Below are positions 15,820-25,266 of a stretch of 57,298 nucleotides of DNA, piece after piece. The notes under the pieces are model-generated. The model did no database searches. It saw nothing but the letters and a program-made list of their open reading frames with translations, and had not been told where the DNA came from. Within the stretch, counting starts at the first letter, position 1; every line of letters starts with the position of its first letter. Both the position numbers and the translations under genes were made by a program. Origin of the DNA: Parcubacteria group bacterium (GTDB lineage: Bacteria; Patescibacteriota; Minisyncoccia; Phycocordibacterales; Phycocordibacteraceae); NCBI GenBank assembly GCA_028286945.1, contig JAQBQR010000020.1:1-57298 (forward strand). Reading direction: 5' to 3'.

Positions 15820-16949
15820 GTACCTCACTTCGACCCGAAGACCTTGTAAAGCGAGCCGCTGCGATAGGCAGTTACTACGGTTTCTCGTCTTTGGCTTCGC
15901 TAACGTCTAAGAAAACTGCGTCCCGTGCTCCGTATCCTGACGGGGTTAATCCAGAAACGCTTGATCCCACAGCACGCGAAGTAGTGGGCTTCTTGAAGCA
16001 CGTTCGCGACGCTAACCTCACACCGCCACTTGGACAGCCGCTTTTCATCTGGCACACAAATGCTGCTCCAGGACGTCCTGCACCAAAGCAGATCATCATT
16101 CAGTTCCATGCGCTTGGTACAGAGCGTGCCATTGCTGACGCCGTACTTATGCGTGCGGTACGAGCCTTTATGCAGGATCTTACAAAAGATGAGCTCACCC
16201 TCCGCATTAACAGCATGGGCGATAAAGAGACGCGTAGCCGATTCTCACGGGAACTAGGAACCTTCTTCCGAAAGCACGGACCGATTCTCCCTGAGGCTTG
16301 CGTTACTTCTGCAAAAAACGACGTCTTTGAAGCAGCAGAACTTTTGGCCACCATAGATGCTGGGAGTCTGCCTGCCCCAACAGACCATTTGAGCGAAGCG
16401 AGTCGTAAACATTTCGAAGGAGTCATTGAATACCTCGAGGCGAGCGATACGGCGTATGAACTCGCGCCAGAGCTCCTTTCAAAAGGTCCTTCGTGGACAG
16501 AAACAGCATTTGAAATAAAGGGCGGTGGTTCTTTGAATGCATGGGGTTCCCGCTATAACGAGCTTTCACGTCCGTTCTTCTCAACACCGATGCCGGGAGT
16601 TGGTGCGGTTATCCGTATCACCACGGACGTACGCGACACACTTCCTGCACTTAAGCCTGCAAGCAGCCCTCGTTTCGTCTTCGTACACATAGGCGACGAA
16701 GCTAAGCGCGAAAGTATGAAAATGGCAGACACGCTCCGCAAAGCGCGTATTCCACTCACCCAGTCCATCGGTATTGAATCTTTGACCGAACAAATGCGTC
16801 AGGCTGAGATCACGAACCCACCGTATCTTTTGATCATGGGTCGCAAAGAAGCCCTTGAACGTTCCGTTATTCTCCGCCACCGCGCTAGCTACACAGAAAC
16901 CTTCATTCCTCTCGATTCACTCGTGGATCACCTTAAGGGCGTCGCCTAA
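15816..16949 (+). CDS. Histidyl-tRNA synthetase-like paralogue with degenerate catalytic motifs (HisZ-like pseudo-synthetase)
   Basis: Collinear with HisRS by eye. It has a class II core and an HGTP anticodon-binding-like C-terminus (FVFVHIGDEAKRESMKMADTLRKARIPL...PPYLLIMGRKEALERSVILRH). GGRYD is GSRYN, the motif-2 FRHERPQ.GRYRQF region is WHTNAAPGRPAPKQIIIQF, and RGLDYY is SKGPSW. Confidence 0.6.
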   Translation: MSTSLRPEDLVKRAAAIGSYYGFSSLASLTSKKTASRAPYPDGVNPETLDPTAREVVGFLKHVRDANLTPPLGQPLFIWHTNAAPGRPAPKQIIIQFHALGTERAIADAVLMRAVRAFMQDLTKDELTLRINSMGDKETRSRFSRELGTFFRKHGPILPEACVTSAKNDVFEAAELLATIDAGSLPAPTDHLSEASRKHFEGVIEYLEASDTAYELAPELLSKGPSWTETAFEIKGGGSLNAWGSRYNELSRPFFSTPMPGVGAVIRITTDVRDTLPALKPASSPRFVFVHIGDEAKRESMKMADTLRKARIPLTQSIGIESLTEQMRQAEITNPPYLLIMGRKEALERSVILRHRASYTETFIPLDSLVDHLKGVA

Positions 16950-17000
16950 GTAGGCGATCCTGGACAGAAAAGGGCTATTTATGTTACTCTTGGCTCTATT

Positions 17001-17258
17001 ATGCAAGCAACACGTGTAGAAGTCGTCCGCAGCAAGAGCGAGAGTTCAGCCTCTCTTCTTCGCCGTTTTTCTCGTCGTTCACAGGGCCTCGGACTTGTCC
17101 GTGCCATGCGTACGCGCCGTTACCATGTTCGTATTAAGTCTAAGAACGTTCAGCATATGCGCGCCATGATTCGTGGTGAACGCATCGCCGAATACAACGA
17201 GCAGGTTAAGCTCGGCAAGATCGACCCAGCAGCTCGCAAGACCCGCGGCCGCAAGTAG
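17001..17258 (+). CDS. rpsU: 30S ribosomal protein S21
   Basis: 85-aa basic protein. SLLRRFSRRSQGLGLVRAMRTRRYHVRIKSK matches the S21 pattern. Confidence 0.8.
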   Translation: MQATRVEVVRSKSESSASLLRRFSRRSQGLGLVRAMRTRRYHVRIKSKNVQHMRAMIRGERIAEYNEQVKLGKIDPAARKTRGRK

Positions 17259-17261
17259 ACC

Positions 17262-17690
17262 TTGGAGACGTCACTCGACATCAGGAATTTCACCAGGCGC
17301 CCACCGGCGCCTGGTGTTTCCTTTTTAAAAATCACTGAAACCGTCCTTCCCGGCTGGGATATTTCTCTTGTCTTTGCTGGTGAGACTCGAGCAAAGAATT
17401 TAAACATCGCTCTACGTCAGAAGGAATATATTCCGAACGTACTTTCGTATGAGTCAGGAACAAAGTCTGGAGAAATTATCATTTGTCCGTCAATTGCGAA
17501 GAAACAAGCACCCTCATATGGCATGCCATACAAAGATTTCGTAGCCTATTTGTTTATCCACGGACTTTTACATTTGAAAGGACAGCCACACGGGGCTACA
17601 ATGGAAAAGAACGAGCGGACATTTTTAGCCCGCCTTGATTTTAAATCCCCTACTTTTACAAATGGCACGACGAATAGCAACAGGAATTGA
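17262..17690 (+). CDS. ybeY: rRNA maturation endoribonuclease YbeY
   Basis: HGLLHLKGQPHG is the H..LH..G..H zinc motif. 142 aa with a TTG start. Confidence 0.85.
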   Translation: METSLDIRNFTRRPPAPGVSFLKITETVLPGWDISLVFAGETRAKNLNIALRQKEYIPNVLSYESGTKSGEIIICPSIAKKQAPSYGMPYKDFVAYLFIHGLLHLKGQPHGATMEKNERTFLARLDFKSPTFTNGTTNSNRN

Positions 17691-18828
17691 TATCGGAACT
17701 CACCAAACGAAGGTTGTTGTCGTTGAGGAAATCCAGACCCCCGAAGGTTCATCCATCCACATTATTGGAACAGGTATGGCTGAGACAGCCGGTATGCGTC
17801 ATGGTTATGTCGTTGACCTAACAGACGCCACCGAAAGTATTCGTGCTGCTAAAAAGCAGGCTGAGTCCGTGGCTCGCATTCCTATTCGTTCTGGCTTCCT
17901 GGCCGTGGGTGGTGTTTCTCTAGACGAAACCCGTGGTTCTGCTGAAACGGTGATCTCACGCGCTGACCAAGTCATTACAGAACTTGATATTGAAAAAGTA
18001 CGCGAAGGTGCTCGACGCGCAGCTGAACCAAACTTCCTTAACCGTAAAGTTCTTCATGAAATTCCTCTTTCATGGATTGTTGATGGCACAAAGACCATGG
18101 GCGAACCGCTGGGAATGCGCGGCACAAAGCTTGAAGGTGAGTTTCTTTTCATAACATGTCTCGCACAACATGCTGATTTGCTCACGAATGCCGTTGAAAA
18201 CGCCGACATTGAGGTTATTGACCGCATGGCCTCTCCCCTAGCTGGTTCATATGTAACGCTTACCAAAGACCAGAAAATGAAAGGCTGTGTTTTGGCGAAC
18301 ATTGGCGCTGAAACGGTATCTATTGTGGTTTATGACGAAGGCCTCCCGGTTTCTGCAAAAGTCTTCCCTATCGGATCAACAAATATCACCGACGATCTCG
18401 CGCTTGGATTTAAGATCTCACTTGAAGATGCAGAGCGCATAAAACTCGGGCGTCTTTCGGGAAACATGTACCCAAAGAAGAAAGTGGATGAAATCATCGC
18501 TTCTCGATTCCGTACAATGTTTGAATTGATTGACCGTCACCTTAAATCTCTTGGTCGTCGCACCTCACTTCCTGCCGGCATCATCCTTACGGGTGGCGGT
18601 TCAGGACAAGGAACCGTTAGCGACATTGCAAAAGGCGCGCTTAACCTTCCTTCACGCATTGCAGACATGCGCGTGACCGCTGACACAAAAGTTAAGGACG
18701 CCACATGGGCCGTTGCATACGGACTCGCCCTTTGGGGACTCACTGGCGACACCGAACCTGCAAAAAAGAGTCCTGTGGGAGACTTCACGCGCGCATTCAA
18801 AGAATTTATTGCGCAGTTCATGCCGTAG
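17662..18828 (+). CDS. ftsA: Cell division protein FtsA
   Basis: Actin-fold phosphate-1 motif ATGIDIGTHQTKVVVVE, later ANIGAETVSIVVY and ILTGGGSGQ. Start set at the ATG at 17662 (MARRIATGIDIG). Confidence 0.9.
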   Translation: MARRIATGIDIGTHQTKVVVVEEIQTPEGSSIHIIGTGMAETAGMRHGYVVDLTDATESIRAAKKQAESVARIPIRSGFLAVGGVSLDETRGSAETVISRADQVITELDIEKVREGARRAAEPNFLNRKVLHEIPLSWIVDGTKTMGEPLGMRGTKLEGEFLFITCLAQHADLLTNAVENADIEVIDRMASPLAGSYVTLTKDQKMKGCVLANIGAETVSIVVYDEGLPVSAKVFPIGSTNITDDLALGFKISLEDAERIKLGRLSGNMYPKKKVDEIIASRFRTMFELIDRHLKSLGRRTSLPAGIILTGGGSGQGTVSDIAKGALNLPSRIADMRVTADTKVKDATWAVAYGLALWGLTGDTEPAKKSPVGDFTRAFKEFIAQFMP

Positions 18829-18852
18829 CGTACCACCGGCTATACTCTTGGT

Positions 18853-19413
18853 ATGAAGATTCTGGCCATAGCCGACCGACCTCCTAGAACTCCGATCCGA
18901 GAGACTATTAACGAACAACATCCCCAAATCATCATTACTTTGGGTGATTTAGATATGTACGATCTCCGAGGCCTGGATGATATACGTGATATTCCAAAGA
19001 TTGGTGTATACGGAAATCACTGCTCTGGCACTTATTTTCCCGACTATGGCATTGAGAACATGCATCTAAAAACGAAAGAGATCGACGGCGTGCTTTTTGG
19101 AGGGTTTGAAGGATCCATACGGTACAAAAAAGGCGACGCGCCGATGTATACGGAAGAAGAAGCTTCCGAACTTCTTAAAGATTTTCCGTATGTGGACGTA
19201 ATGCTTGCTCATTCACCGCCTAAAGGCATCCATGACGAAGATGATCCTGCTCATCAAGGTCTCCAAGCACTTCGCGATTATGTAGAACGTATGCAGCCAA
19301 AGTATTTTCTTCACGGCCATACGTATGTAAGTGAAGGTACGCAAGAAGACCTACTGGGAAATACAAAGGTTGTCCACGTGTATGCTGATCAGATTCTAGA
19401 TTTAAGTACCTAA
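18853..19413 (+). CDS. Metallophosphoesterase (calcineurin-like)
   Basis: KILAIADRP, GDLD, GNHC, HSPP and HGH motifs in the canonical order. Confidence 0.75.
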   Translation: MKILAIADRPPRTPIRETINEQHPQIIITLGDLDMYDLRGLDDIRDIPKIGVYGNHCSGTYFPDYGIENMHLKTKEIDGVLFGGFEGSIRYKKGDAPMYTEEEASELLKDFPYVDVMLAHSPPKGIHDEDDPAHQGLQALRDYVERMQPKYFLHGHTYVSEGTQEDLLGNTKVVHVYADQILDLST

Positions 19414-19419
19414 AAGAGT

Positions 19420-20292
19420 ATGAAGGAAACAATGCCGTCTGAGCAGGTACACCAGCCAGAAACTACGGAAGTAGCTGAAGCACAGCCACAATCTGCACAG
19501 GAAAAGAAGCCTGACTCTTTTGCCGAAGAAGCACGTGTCAAGTTTGACAAACTACATTCAAGCGAAGATATGACTCATGAGGATAGGGCTGGCTCATATC
19601 GAAACCTTGGAAAGCAAGTTGATGCTGAACGTGCTGGACTTCGGGAAAAGATACGGGCAGAAGGCGGGCAGTTAGACGAAGCGAGAGCTCGTCTTGGACT
19701 CTCCGCGTCAAACGAAGGAGAGAGCCATGCTAGCAGGGCTATGCAGGCCGAATTACAGGAATTGGATACTCTGTATGACGATATGGATTCGGCATTCCGT
19801 GAGAACCAAAAAGGAATTGAATCCCAAGAGCGCGGTACACAACTTCGTAAAGGAGCTGAAGCGATAAGTGATGCTGGTTTTGCATTTGGTAACGAACTTG
19901 GGAGGCGTGACGCAGACGGCATGGATCCCCTTATGGACAGGGACACATTTTCAAAATTTAGGGCAGGAATTAGGGGGTTGCGTTCATTTGCTGAATCAAA
20001 AGGCGAGCCAGATATGGAGGCTCTGGGAATGGCACTCTCACAGGTAAATACGGGTCTTGAACGTATGGAAAAACAAAACACCAGAGGTCAAATTCGTGAA
20101 AGTGAAGAAAGTCTTGGCAGGCTTGGTTTTCAAGCTGTAGAAATGAGTGATTACGCATCCAAAATGCGAAACTCATTTCGTGAGGGTGATGAATCCGCTT
20201 CAGCTGCTGCGCACAGGCTTTCAGACACCAGCGATCGTGTCTCAGTATTTACGGGCCGCCTTCGCTCAGCGTTTAGAGACTATTCTCGTTAG
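19420..20292 (+). CDS. Hypothetical acidic, predicted all-helical protein (290 aa)
   Basis: ORF with coding-like composition. No TM segment and no recognised motif. The antisense ORF 19575-20081 is Ser/Arg-rich shadow. Confidence 0.55.
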   Translation: MKETMPSEQVHQPETTEVAEAQPQSAQEKKPDSFAEEARVKFDKLHSSEDMTHEDRAGSYRNLGKQVDAERAGLREKIRAEGGQLDEARARLGLSASNEGESHASRAMQAELQELDTLYDDMDSAFRENQKGIESQERGTQLRKGAEAISDAGFAFGNELGRRDADGMDPLMDRDTFSKFRAGIRGLRSFAESKGEPDMEALGMALSQVNTGLERMEKQNTRGQIRESEESLGRLGFQAVEMSDYASKMRNSFREGDESASAAAHRLSDTSDRVSVFTGRLRSAFRDYSR

Positions 20293-20315
20293 CCACCAGC
20301 GCACCAATCCTCGAA

Positions 20316-21281
20316 CTATACAAGATCTCTAGGATCTGGCATGGCTGGCCAGGAATTAATAATTTGTATAAATTCATCTGCTGGCAATAGTGAAATCCCT
20401 TCTTTTGTAAAAGTGTAGGGTAATTCTGTAAAAGTGTAGGTTTGATACCAATACACTTTCGGGCTCAGCGACTTTGGTCCTTTTTCATAGAGTTCATTCG
20501 CCTTTTTGGCAAAATCAGCATATGCAAGATAGGCATTTCCATTTTTAACGTTTTCAATTTCAATGGGATACGCGGCAACACATTCTGATGTTGGCAATAT
20601 TAACAATGAGCCATAAATACCTACCGCATTAAAATCTGCCAAACTAAAGGCAAGCGATGCTATCAATGGATTGTCTCCTGTAAGGAATACGGATTTCCCA
20701 AATGGTGAGGAGATGTCTGAAACATTAACCTTTGTCATTGAAGATGTATTTTCAAGACCTAAGACAACCAGATCTTGAAAAGACTCGTTCCATGAAGCAA
20801 CTTCCTCATGCTTAACCAAGCGCATGAGTTGTCCGCGAGCAATAACAAGCATTGCATATATACCTGGGATCTGCGGCAACGTAATATAATCCTCTATTCT
20901 CGTTTTTGAGGAAGCAAAATGACTCTCTGGATACATAGCTATTCTGAGCGAATCTTTTTCAGCTTCATACGTACCGATATTCCTTAGCGATTCGAAGTTG
21001 TTATGTAGTTCCTTGAGCGCAACGGTAAGGTACGCCCGTATAATTGCAGGCCACTCCTCTACTGGTTTGTCAGCACATTGCTGGAAGAGGTTAAGGGTTC
21101 CTAATTTAGCGTCAATACCGTATAGCGATAAAACAAAGTTAGATTCTTTCGAATTCCTTTTCACATCAAATAAATAAAAGCTCATGTCGAGTTCTTTTTC
21201 GACAAGGTCCATGAAAAGATCGAGCTTCTGTGCATCAGGGGCGGAATTCCCTTGCCCAGGATCATTGGATTGAATACTCAT
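20316..21281 (-). CDS. Hypothetical protein (321 aa), low-GC
   Basis: Start set at the ATG at 21281 (MSIQSNDPGQ...). The track start at 21362 is a TTG. No motif recognised. 19/60 G+C at 20401-20460. Confidence 0.55.
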   Translation of the reverse strand: MSIQSNDPGQGNSAPDAQKLDLFMDLVEKELDMSFYLFDVKRNSKESNFVLSLYGIDAKLGTLNLFQQCADKPVEEWPAIIRAYLTVALKELHNNFESLRNIGTYEAEKDSLRIAMYPESHFASSKTRIEDYITLPQIPGIYAMLVIARGQLMRLVKHEEVASWNESFQDLVVLGLENTSSMTKVNVSDISSPFGKSVFLTGDNPLIASLAFSLADFNAVGIYGSLLILPTSECVAAYPIEIENVKNGNAYLAYADFAKKANELYEKGPKSLSPKVYWYQTYTFTELPYTFTKEGISLLPADEFIQIINSWPAMPDPRDLV

Positions 21282-21295
21282 ATATATATATATAT
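21280..21295. repeat. (AT)8 dinucleotide microsatellite abutting and including the start codon of the 20316-21281 gene
   Basis: atatatatatatatat read directly. On the coding strand it is ...caaaTATATATATATATATGagt. Confidence 0.9.
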
Positions 21296-21441
21296 TTGTG
21301 CTGAGCGTGTGGATAGTACTTAAACTAAAGAATAGCCTGCTCTGTGGGTAGCAACCTGACAATCCCCAACAGCATATGGCGATGGTTCCTAACGTGCTTT
21401 ACTTACCTTACCGAAAGGTTTACTACCCTTAAGAATGAATC

Positions 21442-21957
21442 ATGTATACCCTTAACCTAAGCGAGGTAAAACTCAATCCTGCGCTTCCAGAAGACAAGTC
21501 CTTTGAAAACGAAAATCAATTTGATCTTGAAGATGAAGTCGTTGCGTATATTTCCGGGCATTACGGTGCTGGCCACTCCAATCCAGTTACTATCAGACGA
21601 CACGTTCAAAGTGCCATTCGAGATACTACCGGGATGAATATTGATGATCGGGTAAAATCAAAGATGGATACGCTTGATGCCGAGCTGGCTAAGGGGCTCG
21701 CTGAACGAAAGGAACAGGAACACACTCTCGATGCAGAATACGGTCCAAAGTTTAATGAACTTCTTGAATGGAAGAAATCTGAATCAGATAAGATATATGA
21801 AGAATACGAACCGAAGATCATGGGGACCTCGGGAGATGAGCGCGCTACCCTAGAGGAAGAAAAACAGCTCAAGATTGACGACGTTAGGAATGAATACAAT
21901 CAAAAGGACGAGGCTCTGAGTAAAGAGCTGAGCGAAAAGCGCCGGGCGCTTCGATAA
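21442..21957 (+). CDS. Hypothetical coiled-coil-like Glu/Lys-rich protein (171 aa)
   Basis: ORF only. The charged helical C-terminal half is DAELAKGLAERKEQEHTLDAEYGPKFNELLEWKK...EEEKQLKIDDVRNEYNQKDEALSKELSEKRRAL. Confidence 0.5.
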   Translation: MYTLNLSEVKLNPALPEDKSFENENQFDLEDEVVAYISGHYGAGHSNPVTIRRHVQSAIRDTTGMNIDDRVKSKMDTLDAELAKGLAERKEQEHTLDAEYGPKFNELLEWKKSESDKIYEEYEPKIMGTSGDERATLEEEKQLKIDDVRNEYNQKDEALSKELSEKRRALR

Positions 21958-22079
21958 TAGAGAGTTTTCCGGCAGAAAGTACCTAATAATGACGACACGC
22001 TCGCGTTTTCCGTCAATATTGCGTATATGGGGCATTAAGTAGCATAATGCACGCATTAACCGGCAATCCCTTATTACCT

Positions 22080-23348
22080 ATGTCAAAGCGCGTCACACCT
22101 GAGATCGAGACCTTCGCACGCATCCGCGTTGTCGGAGTGGGAGGTTCTGGTAGCAATGCCGTGAATCACATGGTCAATTCAAAGGTTAAGGGCGTTGAGT
22201 TCGTAGCCATCAACACTGATGCCCAGGACCTTCACCGTTCTCTCGCGAAGCGTAAGATCCACATTGGTAAGAACCTCACGAAGGGACTTGGTGCTGGAAT
22301 GAACCCCGAGCTCGGCCGCCGTGCTGCTGAAGAGACTCGTCAGGAAATCCAGGAAGCTATCCAGGGATCAGACATGGTCTTCATCACCTGTGGTATGGGT
22401 GGAGGAACCGGAACAGGTGCAGCTTCTGTTGTTGCAAAGATTGCAAAGGAACAGGGTGCACTCACCATCGCCGTGGTTACGAAGCCATTCTCATTCGAAG
22501 GCGCGCACCGCGGACAGATTGCTGAAGAAGGACTCATTGCCCTTAAGAAAGAAGTAGATGCATACCTCATCATTCCTAACGACAAGCTTCTTGCGATCGT
22601 AGAAGCAAACACCTCTGCTAAGTCAGCGTTTGCACTAGCCGATGAGATTCTCCGTCAGGCCGTTGAAGGTGTTTCAGACATCATCACCACGCCAGGAGAA
22701 ATCAACACTGACTTCAACGACATTAAGACCATTATGGAAGGTGCAGGTCCTGCCCTCATGGGAATTGGTATTGCTGACGGCGACAACCGCGCAAAGGATG
22801 CCGCTGCTCAGGCGGTTAACTCCCCGCTCCTTGATGTTTCTATCTCAGGCGCAAAAGGTATCCTCTTTGTTGTTGCGGGTAACGAAGATCTTGGAATCGT
22901 CGAAGTTCAGGAAGCAGCGCGTGTTATCAGCGAATCAGTTGATAAGAACGCACGTGTGATCTTCGGTATCATGCGCGACGAGAAGCTTAAGAAGGGCCAG
23001 ATCCGCATCATTGTTATCGCCACCGGCTTCCCTGATAACGTTGGTGAAAGCGCGTCAGGAATGGATCGCTCACTCTTCTCAATGCCTAAGCCAGAGCAGG
23101 AAGAGACTCGCGGACGTATTTTCAATGACATGCTTGGTCGTGGATCTCGTGAAGAAGCACCCGCTGCAGCAGCACCTGCTCCAGAAGAAGCTTCTGCACC
23201 GGTAGCGCCAATCTCAACGAAGCGCGAAGAGCCTATCGTAACCGCAACGCCTCGCATCGACAGCGTTCGTCCTGTAACTCCACCCGTTGAGGAAGATGAT
23301 GAGGCCTGGGGTGCAATTCCAAGCTTCCTCCGTCGCCACAAGAAGTAG
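22080..23348 (+). CDS. ftsZ: Cell division GTPase FtsZ
   Basis: RIRVVGVGGSGSNAV and the tubulin signature GGGTGTGAA, plus NTDAQ. Pro/Ala-rich linker and a basic C-terminal peptide. Start set at the ATG at 22080. Confidence 0.97.
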   Translation: MSKRVTPEIETFARIRVVGVGGSGSNAVNHMVNSKVKGVEFVAINTDAQDLHRSLAKRKIHIGKNLTKGLGAGMNPELGRRAAEETRQEIQEAIQGSDMVFITCGMGGGTGTGAASVVAKIAKEQGALTIAVVTKPFSFEGAHRGQIAEEGLIALKKEVDAYLIIPNDKLLAIVEANTSAKSAFALADEILRQAVEGVSDIITTPGEINTDFNDIKTIMEGAGPALMGIGIADGDNRAKDAAAQAVNSPLLDVSISGAKGILFVVAGNEDLGIVEVQEAARVISESVDKNARVIFGIMRDEKLKKGQIRIIVIATGFPDNVGESASGMDRSLFSMPKPEQEETRGRIFNDMLGRGSREEAPAAAAPAPEEASAPVAPISTKREEPIVTATPRIDSVRPVTPPVEEDDEAWGAIPSFLRRHKK

Positions 23349-23354
23349 ACGAAT

Positions 23355-23391
23355 ACAAAAACCGCTTTCAGATTTTGAAAGCGGTTTTTGT
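23355..23391 (+). terminator. Intrinsic terminator after ftsZ
   Basis: acaaaaaccgctttca-gatt-tgaaagcggtttttgt. Confidence 0.8.
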
Positions 23392-23429
23392 ATTGTTGGG
23401 CCCGTGCAAAATGTGTAATACTTTTACCT

Positions 23430-23981
23430 ATGAATAGAATCTATATTTTTGGAGGTGTTGCCATAGTTTTACTTGCCATTATTGGTGGGCTCTACGCTTG
23501 GAATACCCATACCGCACCGCAGCCGTTGGAAGCTGGATGGAAGACATATACTGACCCGAACAAAGCATTTAGCATTTCGTATCCTGGATTATTTGTCCTT
23601 GCCACTAATGATATGACCGGAGCACGGGCTATTTTAATTGGAGATCAAAACAAAGTGAATTATTTCTACATTGAACGTCGCGACCACCTGTCAGCTACTG
23701 ACGCCGCACTATTCTCCGGTCCCTATCCTAGAATAGAGCGCAACCTCACGGTCGCACAAAAGATACTCAACGGATACAACGGCGTTGAAATATATGGATT
23801 CATTTCTGAAGGTCATGAGTATGCCGATACGTTTTTATATAAACAAGGCGACACTGAGGTTAGCGTTAGCCTGAATGCACATATTCAGGGACGTGATACG
23901 TCTAGTCTTGGTGAGCAACCTCCCAACGTCGACGAAGCTACGTATCAAAAAATTCTCAAGAGTCTTACGTTTTCCAAGTAG
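23430..23981 (+). CDS. Hypothetical membrane-anchored protein
   Basis: Start at the ATG at 23430 (MNRIYIFGGVAIVLLAIIGG, a TM anchor). No motif recognised. Confidence 0.5.
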   Translation: MNRIYIFGGVAIVLLAIIGGLYAWNTHTAPQPLEAGWKTYTDPNKAFSISYPGLFVLATNDMTGARAILIGDQNKVNYFYIERRDHLSATDAALFSGPYPRIERNLTVAQKILNGYNGVEIYGFISEGHEYADTFLYKQGDTEVSVSLNAHIQGRDTSSLGEQPPNVDEATYQKILKSLTFSK

Positions 23982-23999
23982 TAATCGTATACTTTTGGC

Positions 24000-24926
24000 A
24001 TGAACGATTTACTTATCATCGGGGGTGGGCCTGCGGGCGTGGCAGCAGGCGTGTATGCATCGAGAAAGTTTTTAAAGACAGCTCTTGTGGCCGAAGAAAT
24101 AGGCGGTCAGAGCACGGTGTCTGAGGGTATCCAGAACTGGGTGGGAACGGTGAATATACCCGGTACGGAGCTAATTACAGCCTTCAAGGCCCATTTGGAT
24201 GCATACAAAGGAGATAATTTAACTATTCTTGAAGGAAAGCGCGTAGAAACCTTAGAAAAGACTGATGGCGGCTTTAAAGCGGTTCTCAAAAGCGGTGAAG
24301 AGATTATGTCGAAAGCGGTACTCATTGCTTCAGGAGCAGCTCGCCGTCGCCTCACTGTTCCCGGAGCTGACACCTTTGAGCATAAGGGACTTACGTACTG
24401 TGCATCATGTGACGGACCTCTTTTCGGAGGCATGGACGTTGCCGTGGTCGGAGGAGGTAATGCTGGCTTTGAATCAGCTCTTCAGCTTTTGGCATACTGC
24501 AAATCAGTAACGCTCATCCACAAATACGACACATTCAAGGCAGACGAAATCACGGTACAGAAAGCACTTGCCCATCCAAATATGAAAGTCATGACGTTGA
24601 GCACTCCCACGGAAGTCCTTGGTGATACGTTCGTAAACGGTCTAAAGGTAAAGAGTCTTCAAACCGGTGAAGAGACAACTCTTGCCGTAACGGGAATCTT
24701 TGTGGAAATTGGTGTCGTGCCAAATACCAGCTTTGCGAAAGATTTGGTAACACTTGATGCGATTGGTCGCGTGGTTACGGATCCGAAGAATCAGCACACA
24801 AGCGTTGAAGGAGTTTGGGCTGCAGGTGATTGTACTGACGAGCTCTATCACCAGAACAACATCGCAGCCGGCGACGCGGTGAAGGCACTCGAAGATGTTT
24901 ATATCTGGGTTAAGACGAAGGCGTAA
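24000..24926 (+). CDS. trxB: Thioredoxin-disulfide reductase
   Basis: IIGGGPAGVAAGVYASR (FAD), redox-active CASCDG and VVGGGNAGFE (NADPH). Confidence 0.9.
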   Translation: MNDLLIIGGGPAGVAAGVYASRKFLKTALVAEEIGGQSTVSEGIQNWVGTVNIPGTELITAFKAHLDAYKGDNLTILEGKRVETLEKTDGGFKAVLKSGEEIMSKAVLIASGAARRRLTVPGADTFEHKGLTYCASCDGPLFGGMDVAVVGGGNAGFESALQLLAYCKSVTLIHKYDTFKADEITVQKALAHPNMKVMTLSTPTEVLGDTFVNGLKVKSLQTGEETTLAVTGIFVEIGVVPNTSFAKDLVTLDAIGRVVTDPKNQHTSVEGVWAAGDCTDELYHQNNIAAGDAVKALEDVYIWVKTKA

Positions 24927-24942
24927 AAATAGAGTAAGGGTA

Positions 24943-24983
24943 AAACAAAAGAGGCCCGCACTTGTGCGGGCCTCTTTTGTTTT
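24943..24983. terminator. Strong hairpin terminator after trxB
   Basis: aaacaaaagaggcccgcac-ttg-tgcgggcctcttttgttt. Confidence 0.8.
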
Positions 24984-25266
24984 AGACTGAGATTACTCAG
25001 CTGCTGCGTCTGCCTCAGGAGCTACCTCCGCTGCTGGAGCGGCTTCGGTATCTGGAGCCGCTGTTTCCTCACCTTCTACTTCTTCTGGCTTTACTTCTTC
25101 ATCTGGATTCATAGTAGGTGTATTTATTGACACAAAGGCAAAAAGCCCCGGTCATTCGGCTAAATGATTCAACGGATCGAATCAAATATAGTATACCCTA
25201 GCCACCTGTAAATTGCATGAATTTCATTTCAAGTATTTCTGAATTCTGGCTATACTAGGCTCACCT

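Noticed and set aside
21282-21362. TTG-initiated 27-residue extension of the 20316-21362 ORF.
   Set aside because: It uses a weak start codon and would translate through the (AT)8 tract as IYIY. The ATG at 21281 is preferred, at moderate confidence.
24993-25112. 39-aa highly acidic minus-strand ORF (MNPDEEVKPEEVEGEETAAPDTEAAPAAEVAPEADAAAE) just after the trxB terminator.
   Set aside because: It has an open frame and a clean ATG/TAA, but it is a low-complexity sequence with no recognisable signal or homology that I can assess. I am keeping it as a note only.
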